Positions 7,001-11,731 of a stretch of 11,731 nucleotides of DNA are shown here, one piece after another. The notes below the pieces were generated by a model. That model made no database searches. It saw only the letters and a list, made by a program, of their open reading frames with translations, and was not told where the DNA came from. The translations under genes and the position numbers were made by a program. The DNA lies in contig JAOPTX010000078.1 in assembly GCA_051532055.1 (NCBI GenBank), forward strand, positions 1 to 11,731, in the 5' to 3' direction. This stretch comes from Fibrobacterales bacterium. Lineage in GTDB: Bacteria > Fibrobacterota > Fibrobacteria > Fibrobacterales > JAOPTW01. Position 1 is the first letter of the stretch; each line of letters begins with the position of its first letter.

Positions 7001-10000
7001 GATAGAGTGAATCGGAACGATCCCACACACCAACAACCTGTGCCCATTCTCCTACAACAGGTGTGCCCGCTACTACATTTGTCCCAGTACTTGCACCATC
7101 TTGATAAGTCATACACCATCCACCACTGTTAATGCCTGAGTGAATTTCTAACATATCAGCTCCATCAGTAAATCCATTATATCCTGCACTTGTACCATCA
7201 CCTTCATACACAGTCACCATCATTCGGTCCTGATCCGGTCTGAGCCAGTGTGATATGGTACCAACGTTTTTATTCAAGGCAACAGAGTGCGTAACATTTT
7301 CTGAATTGGTGCCATTAGTAACTCCCGCAGTTCCGCCACCAAAATTAATGGATCGTCCAATTATACCTTCCATAGATTGGTTCACAGTATTGTCATTGCT
7401 GGTACTATTTTTCAAGGTTCCACTTTCTCCCGCACTCATTTCAGTTATAGTAGCATTTGCCCCATTGTCACTCATTGGCCACACAGCAGAGAATCCATTG
7501 GATGTTTCAAAAACCGCTGCACCATCACTCTCACTCGGCACATCTGAACGCCCCCAGTACATTGTTATATCAGTAGTACTATTCCCCGTAATAGTCGGTA
7601 CGTTTACCCAAATCTCTGCAAGTTCACTGCCCGCATTCCACCGCTCTATTTCATAACTAAGTGGTAACCCAGCAGCATCAGCAAAACGAATATCTTCACC
7701 GTTTGTACGTGCCTGAGCAAAGGTAAAATTACTCGATGTTAATCGAATCAGTACGGGGAAGTCTGTTTGGGTGGTAGTTACATTGGCATAACTGGCAGTT
7801 GTATTGAGGGAAAAGGTTGTGCTACTACTCCATGTTTCATAGTGAGTTGTTTGAAGTAAAGTATTTTCAACACTCTGATTTTCATAAGTGAGTTTTATCC
7901 AGTCAGCAGAGCGCTCAGCATGTTCAAGACGGAGTTCATCAAGAACACCATCAAATGGTTCAGACGCCTTATCCTCCTGAATACCAATTGATGCATCACC
8001 TGAGGCTGTATTATCAGTTGATGTATTACCAAATGTTGGCGTTCCTGATTTTACTAACGTACCATTGATGTATAGTCTATGTTCATCATTGGCAATATCG
8101 GTGACCCCAACGAAGTGGTACCATTGTCCTATCGAATAAATGTCATCTGTTTGTGTACTCTGAAATGCTCCCCCATCTGTATCCCGTCCACCTAATAGAA
8201 AGTATCCATTGTTTATTTTAAGTTCAGCACGACTCGACCAACCACCAGAATTAATTCCAAATCCAAGAAGTTCCTGATCATTTGTCACATCAAATTTAAT
8301 CCACCCTGAGAGCGTGTGCTCTGATACGTTCCGTACAAAATTAACACTACTTGGAAGACCAATATAATCAGAAGTTCCATCAAAACGTTGTCCATACCCA
8401 AGAACTGCAGATTCATCTGATCCCGATGTCATACTCACACCCGTACCATCATAATTATTTGGTGTTGCATCTGCATAACCACCAGCTGTAGTATTACCAT
8501 CTTCACCAAGATGCCATACACCCGCAAAGTTATTGGTCGTTTCAAACACTGCCTCGCCATCGCTCAAGCTCGGCGCATCACTATTCCCCCAATACATTTT
8601 TATATTGGTGGTACTGTTACCCGTAACCGTTGGTACTTTCACCCAAATATCTGCAAGTGCTCCACCATTATCCCACCGCTCAATTTCATAATCAAGGGGA
8701 GACTCATCAGTTGCTGCAAAACGGACATCTTCACCATTCGTCTGCGCCTGTGCAAAAGTAAAGTTACTTGCATTTAGCCTAATGAGTACCGGAAAGTCAG
8801 TTTGTGTTGTGGTCACATTAGCACCTGTTGCAGTCGTATTAAGCGCCCACGTTGTGTTGTTACTCCAGCTGGTATAATTAAAATAACAGGTGATAGTTGC
8901 ATTGCCACCAGTAACCGTAACTGAAGTACTTGCTGCATGGGCATCGGTAAAAACCGCCGTTCCTGCACCCGCTGTTTGCACCCACCAGACATCATAGCCT
9001 GCATCGGGTGTTGCGGTGAGCGCAAAGGGATTACCATCAGATACCACATTAGGGCCTTCATTGGCTATTGAACCATGTGCCCCACCATCAACCAACGTTA
9101 CTGTATTTCCAGCACGTGAATTAATCAGATAATCTGCACTTCGTTGATTTTCATAGGCAAGCTTAATCCAGTCTGCGGACCGTGCACTCGACTCAACACG
9201 AAACTCATCAAAAATCCCAGTATACCATACATTATTAAAAGTACTATTCATTCCAAAATACAAATCGACCGTCGCTGCAATTGCAGTACCAGGAGTTGCT
9301 TGTACTTCATCATTTCCATCAAAATAATTCCGCATGGTGGTACCATCATAAGTGAATGATACATAATGCCAATCGCCATCGGCAAGATCAGTAGTTGTTG
9401 AATAGGTATTGGTACCACCCGATACTCCTGCAGGAACTCGTTGAAGAAAGCGCATACCAGTACCAGTGAGTTGGTTAAACGTGTAAGCATTTCCTGTACC
9501 CACAGCAGTGGCTGTTGCAAATGTACCACTCAACACACTCGTTTTATACCAACCGGAAATGGTGTAATTGGTGGCAATCGAGAGACCGGTAACTTTGATG
9601 TAGTCATCAGTTCCATCAAGATCTATCCCCTGACCAGTAATACCAGTGACAACATCCCCCGAAATCATGGTACCATATGAAGTGCCATGTAAAGCATTTG
9701 ATGTCGCGTCAAGAACCGTTCCAGCTCCGGCAGTGGGATCATCATCCATGTGCCACACACCGGAAAAACTATTTGTTGTTTCAAACACCGCCTCACCATC
9801 ACTGTGATCAATGGCAGCGTCCTCTCCCCACAGCATTTTGATATCCGTTGTACTATTGCCCGTTACCGTTGGCACCTTAACCCAGATTTCTGCAAGGGCG
9901 TTCGTACTATCCCACCGTTCTATCTCATAATCCATTGGTACATTCGCAGCTGTCGTAAACCGGATATCTTCTCCATTGCCCTGTGCATCTGCAAAAGTAA

Positions 10001-11507
10001 AATTACCCGACGTGATACGGATAAGAACCGGGAAATCAGTTTGAGTTGTTGCAACATTTGCATAACTGGCAGTTGTATTCAGGGTAAGCGTTGTAGTATT
10101 CGCCCAGGTAATATAATCAAAGTAGGCCGTTACTTCGGCAGCACCTCCCGTAACCGTTACCCAGGTAGTATCATTAGTGCTGTCACTAAAGGTAACTGTT
10201 CCTGTACCTGCTGTTTTTGTCCAGTATTCAAAAGTGTATCCAGCACTTGGTGTTGCCACAATAGGAAAGCTCTGCCCGTCGGCAACTGTTTGAGCCCCCG
10301 TTGGAGCAAGGGTACCGTTTCCTCCTGAAACAATGGTAAGAGTCCGCTCTGTATAACTACTCACCCAGGCATCAGAATTCATATCTTGCAGAGTACCATG
10401 GAAATTACCACTATGGGCATCAATAAGTTGCGAGCCCAGAACATCATTAAAATCCCAATAGGCCGCAAGGTTTGTGTTATCTACCAATGTTCCATAGGTG
10501 GTAAACATATCCGCCTGAATTTCAGATTGTGTCCTCACATCTGTCCAGAGCCTAAACTCATCGAGCTTTCCATCAAAAGACATATTACCATCACTGGCCG
10601 AACCCCAACCCAACGTTCCGGTTGTCCAGGTCGTACTGGGAAAAGATCGAAGCCCTGTGTCTGTTTCAATGAGAATACCATTTTTATAGACCTTTCCCGT
10701 TGCGACACCGCCCCCAGTAGGAGTTACCGTGAATGCTATATGTATCCAAGTGTTGAGTTCAATAATACCCGTCGATTCAATCCATTCTGAACTCGTTGAA
10801 TTTACCGTATTAAATCTGAGATCGGCATTAGTTGCATACTGGATAATTTGGAGACTATTTGTTCCATCTGTTATCCTAACCGGATGGGCCCAGTTTTGAA
10901 GTGCATCGAAGTAAAACCACCCTTCAAAGGTCATCCCACCAGAAAAGTCAACAGCCATGGAAGGCAGGGTAACGTACTCATGAGTGCCCGCTGGATACGA
11001 CCCTGCTGCACGCGTTGCCCCGGAAAATTCTAAAGCATTGCGCGGCTCTACCGCAACGGCATCATGGGTCGCATTACCCGAAAGGTACAGCGAATTATCA
11101 TCCCCATCAAAAATAGCAACGGGAGTCCCCGCCACATTTTGAATAACCATGTCATCACCATCCATGGTAGGGAGTGTCGCAAAGTTTGGATAGACCTTAC
11201 CACTAAAATAGGCATTGGCTGCATTGATCACAAAGATCTCATCAGCCGCATCTTGAATAATGAGACTGTTAGCAAAGGGACCGGTAATGGCCGAAGAGAC
11301 TGCAATGGCATCTGCATCAAGGTACATATCACCGTCTTTGTCAATAAGGAAGATGGTGGCTGTACCCGCTACATTTTTTACCTCATACCAAGGTTCATTA
11401 AATATAACCCCATTAATTGATTGCCCATTAGACATGGGGGCAGAAATAACTGGTAACGATACTATCGAAAAAATCAATAGTAGGACAAAGAGTTGCCAAT
11501 CCCTCAT
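4098..11507 (-). CDS. Giant secreted DUF2341/LamG multidomain adhesin- or lectin-like protein with FN3 and C-terminal CBM6/35-like domain (2469 aa)
   Basis: Start reassigned to ATG 11507 (preceded by GAGAAAGGGATGT), which gives the signal peptide MRDWQLFVLLLIFSIVSLPVISA. LamG motifs (NALxFxG, WxHxAxT, DExRxW) occur in six domains. Three DUF2341 units carry TDFPVLIR...GEDIRF...YEIERW...EIWVKVP. Five spacers have the TLTxxxGxNG...ATPxxGYxFxxW pattern. FN3: DNTAPSVP...VAGYKVYRN...YSVLAYDNAGNES. CBM-like tail: FEAE...DWIDW...GTYRV...GGWTSW...WNVDWV. Confidence 0.9.
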   Translation of the reverse strand: MRDWQLFVLLLIFSIVSLPVISAPMSNGQSINGVIFNEPWYEVKNVAGTATIFLIDKDGDMYLDADAIAVSSAITGPFANSLIIQDAADEIFVINAANAYFSGKVYPNFATLPTMDGDDMVIQNVAGTPVAIFDGDDNSLYLSGNATHDAVAVEPRNALEFSGATRAAGSYPAGTHEYVTLPSMAVDFSGGMTFEGWFYFDALQNWAHPVRITDGTNSLQIIQYATNADLRFNTVNSTSSEWIESTGIIELNTWIHIAFTVTPTGGGVATGKVYKNGILIETDTGLRSFPSTTWTTGTLGWGSASDGNMSFDGKLDEFRLWTDVRTQSEIQADMFTTYGTLVDNTNLAAYWDFNDVLGSQLIDAHSGNFHGTLQDMNSDAWVSSYTERTLTIVSGGNGTLAPTGAQTVADGQSFPIVATPSAGYTFEYWTKTAGTGTVTFSDSTNDTTWVTVTGGAAEVTAYFDYITWANTTTLTLNTTASYANVATTQTDFPVLIRITSGNFTFADAQGNGEDIRFTTAANVPMDYEIERWDSTNALAEIWVKVPTVTGNSTTDIKMLWGEDAAIDHSDGEAVFETTNSFSGVWHMDDDPTAGAGTVLDATSNALHGTSYGTMISGDVVTGITGQGIDLDGTDDYIKVTGLSIATNYTISGWYKTSVLSGTFATATAVGTGNAYTFNQLTGTGMRFLQRVPAGVSGGTNTYSTTTDLADGDWHYVSFTYDGTTMRNYFDGNDEVQATPGTAIAATVDLYFGMNSTFNNVWYTGIFDEFRVESSARSADWIKLAYENQRSADYLINSRAGNTVTLVDGGAHGSIANEGPNVVSDGNPFALTATPDAGYDVWWVQTAGAGTAVFTDAHAASTSVTVTGGNATITCYFNYTSWSNNTTWALNTTATGANVTTTQTDFPVLIRLNASNFTFAQAQTNGEDVRFAATDESPLDYEIERWDNGGALADIWVKVPTVTGNSTTNIKMYWGNSDAPSLSDGEAVFETTNNFAGVWHLGEDGNTTAGGYADATPNNYDGTGVSMTSGSDESAVLGYGQRFDGTSDYIGLPSSVNFVRNVSEHTLSGWIKFDVTNDQELLGFGINSGGWSSRAELKINNGYFLLGGRDTDGGAFQSTQTDDIYSIGQWYHFVGVTDIANDEHRLYINGTLVKSGTPTFGNTSTDNTASGDASIGIQEDKASEPFDGVLDELRLEHAERSADWIKLTYENQSVENTLLQTTHYETWSSSTTFSLNTTASYANVTTTQTDFPVLIRLTSSNFTFAQARTNGEDIRFADAAGLPLSYEIERWNAGSELAEIWVNVPTITGNSTTDITMYWGRSDVPSESDGAAVFETSNGFSAVWPMSDNGANATITEMSAGESGTLKNSTSNDNTVNQSMEGIIGRSINFGGGTAGVTNGTNSENVTHSVALNKNVGTISHWLRPDQDRMMVTVYEGDGTSAGYNGFTDGADMLEIHSGINSGGWCMTYQDGASTGTNVVAGTPVVGEWAQVVGVWDRSDSLYLYVNGVKVQSTDMAATTYTSKTASVMQIGRTGAGNDTRHWDGLMDQVEIHSVTRSDDWIKLAYENQRSENYLVNQRPQLTITAGANGSVDNAGTSQVVNPMALHATPSAGYTFNGWSRPTNPGNLTITDSAALTTTVTATGSGEVQANFVTKPDNALHFTGATNNAGSYPAGTHEYVELPDIDFQSTGSYTVEAWIYWDNLQNWSRPLYFREGSGSNDGFVIYSDGTGTTLRFSVCDGGGTCTMTPIASYVTLDTWTHVAMSATSSGDITIYKNGAVVGSGTAPNFVGDGVTQFNRFASGAGNANDESFDGYIDDVRIWTDIRSQAEIQNDMFNLYGSYISSDNMLAHWDFNHVMGDTLYESTGTYDGILTDMDHDDWVSSFTTNTLTVTAGANGTVAPTPTVDLATGHSGYVIATPSTGYAFNGWTETTNPGNITLGSVNDFRTAATLIGDGEVTASFTTEPENALSFDGGTSEYVDLPDINEDWSSGFTFEAWVYMDATRATVPVIFAMGNGGSQTLNIGGIANNRNLRIGSQEGGFLDINYNDPFDLDAWTHIAVTIASNGATVVYKNGGQLTTGTLNAVSTINRSDIYIGYNVYGEYFYDGDIDEVRLWNDVRTSGEIYRNHFESYETLHNSGNLVAYWDFNQSLGDVVRDKKGGYHGTRINMEVGDWVTSWTRRTLTINAGTGGTVWPSGAHTAMDNRWYYISATPDATYYFNNWTDDGGAVTASFSAASTAASYALITGGNGAVQANFVQDNTAPSVPTSITTSGFTNGGFNINWGASTDAASGVAGYKVYRNSSTLIGTVTSGTSLWIGRGGYQTYSVLAYDNAGNESAQSRSMYHFEAEARSNSYDITFYDGYYAGDLDDNSGAAPDWIDWNSVVFSGGTYRVSLRKSSNDATYAHSINYQFNNSTYGSISRQEHDGGWTSWKVVYDNNTITAPTGTYKFSALFYGINWNVDWVQMLPE
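4740..6539 (-). repeat. Two tandem LamG+B-repeat modules (~5625-6539, ~4740-5609), paralogous to the module at ~10119-11039
   Basis: Each has NALxFxG...EYVxLP...DxxRxWxDxR...AxWDFN...G...WVxSxTxxTLT...ATP...W. Boundaries are approximate. Confidence 0.85.
6780..10112 (-). repeat. Three intragenic DUF2341+LamG modules of ~1.0 kb each (~9122-10112, ~7852-8876, ~6780-7841)
   Basis: Each module starts W-x5-6-LNTTAxxANVxTTQTDFPVLIR and ends RSxDWIKLxYENQ. DNA similarity is still visible, e.g. 10054-10084 vs 7780-7810 are identical at 29/31 positions. Confidence 0.9.
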
Positions 11508-11577
11508 ACATCCCTTTCTCAAATTCACCCCAAAACAAAAATACAATTGTAAACTATTTGTTTACTTAACTTATATC

Positions 11578-11586
11578 ATTGTACCA
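11578..11586 (-). promoter_or_regulatory. Candidate extended -10 promoter element for the giant protein gene
   Basis: The - strand reads TGgTACAAT, 70 nt upstream of ATG 11507. No good -35 element was found. Confidence 0.4.
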
Positions 11587-11618
11587 TTAAATGCGACCTA
11601 TAGCCTCTAGGATTTAGG

Positions 11619-11634
11619 TATTTGATATCAAATA
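11619..11634. promoter_or_regulatory. Perfect 16-bp palindrome, candidate operator
   Basis: TATTTGATATCAAATA is its own reverse complement and lies in the intergenic region upstream of the giant gene. Confidence 0.4.
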
Positions 11635-11668
11635 ATAGATAAGAGCTGTATTTCGATATTTTATGAGC

Positions 11669-11731
11669 TTATTGGGCCTGTAATCCCAAGACTTCATCTT
11701 CGGTTAACGCAACACCAAACACCCTGAGGTT
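11669..11731 (-). CDS. 3' end of an upstream gene, probably ending in a LamG/concanavalin A-like domain (truncated by the window edge)
   Basis: The - strand frame from 11731 reads NLRVFGVALTEDEVLGLQAQ* with TAA at 11671-11669. This resembles the LamG C-terminal signature (D/N)xRx(Y/F)xxAL(S/T)xxE(I/V). Only 20 residues are visible. Confidence 0.6.
   Translation of the reverse strand, partial: NLRVFGVALTEDEVLGLQAQ

Noticed and set aside
6780..10112. Repeats considered as a diversity-generating retroelement TR/VR pair
   Set aside because: No reverse transcriptase is present, all copies are in-frame coding modules, and the differences I examined are not adenine-specific.
11508..11546. First 13 codons of the 2482-aa ORF
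   Set aside because: ATG 11507 has a purine-rich SD-like sequence and directly begins the signal peptide.
4233..11610. Many short ORFs within or antisense to the giant gene (e.g. 9750-10328, 7255-7656, 10386-10790, 11260-11610)
   Set aside because: They overlap a well-supported CDS and have no recognisable motifs. Their mutual similarity only mirrors the host gene's repeats.

Overview
Bacterial genomic window with three complete genes and two edge-truncated genes, dominated by secreted or surface glycan-related proteins. On the - strand, right to left: (i) the last 20 codons of a gene that appears to end in a LamG domain (11669..>11731, absent from the ORF track); (ii) a ~2469-aa secreted adhesin-like protein with six LamG domains (three preceded by DUF2341), five InlB-B/Flg_new-like spacers, an FN3 domain and a C-terminal CBM6/35-like domain; (iii) a secreted GH71/GH99-like glycoside hydrolase with a Ser-rich linker and a T9SS-type C-terminal tail (likely start TTG 2713, not 2995); (iv) a PilX/GspK-like minor pilin with a class III signal peptide that runs off the left edge (<1..716, absent from the ORF track). 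A single AAA_14+DUF4143 ATPase with a nuclease-like C-terminus lies on the + strand between (ii) and (iii). Its candidate sigma70 promoter is overlaid by three copies of a ~20-bp box, two of which form a perfect 21-bp inverted repeat. The Ser-linker, CTD and DUF2341 content suggests an FCB-group host such as Fibrobacterota (inference). All domain calls come from motif recognition by eye, not database searches. No RNA genes, CRISPR arrays or transposases were seen.
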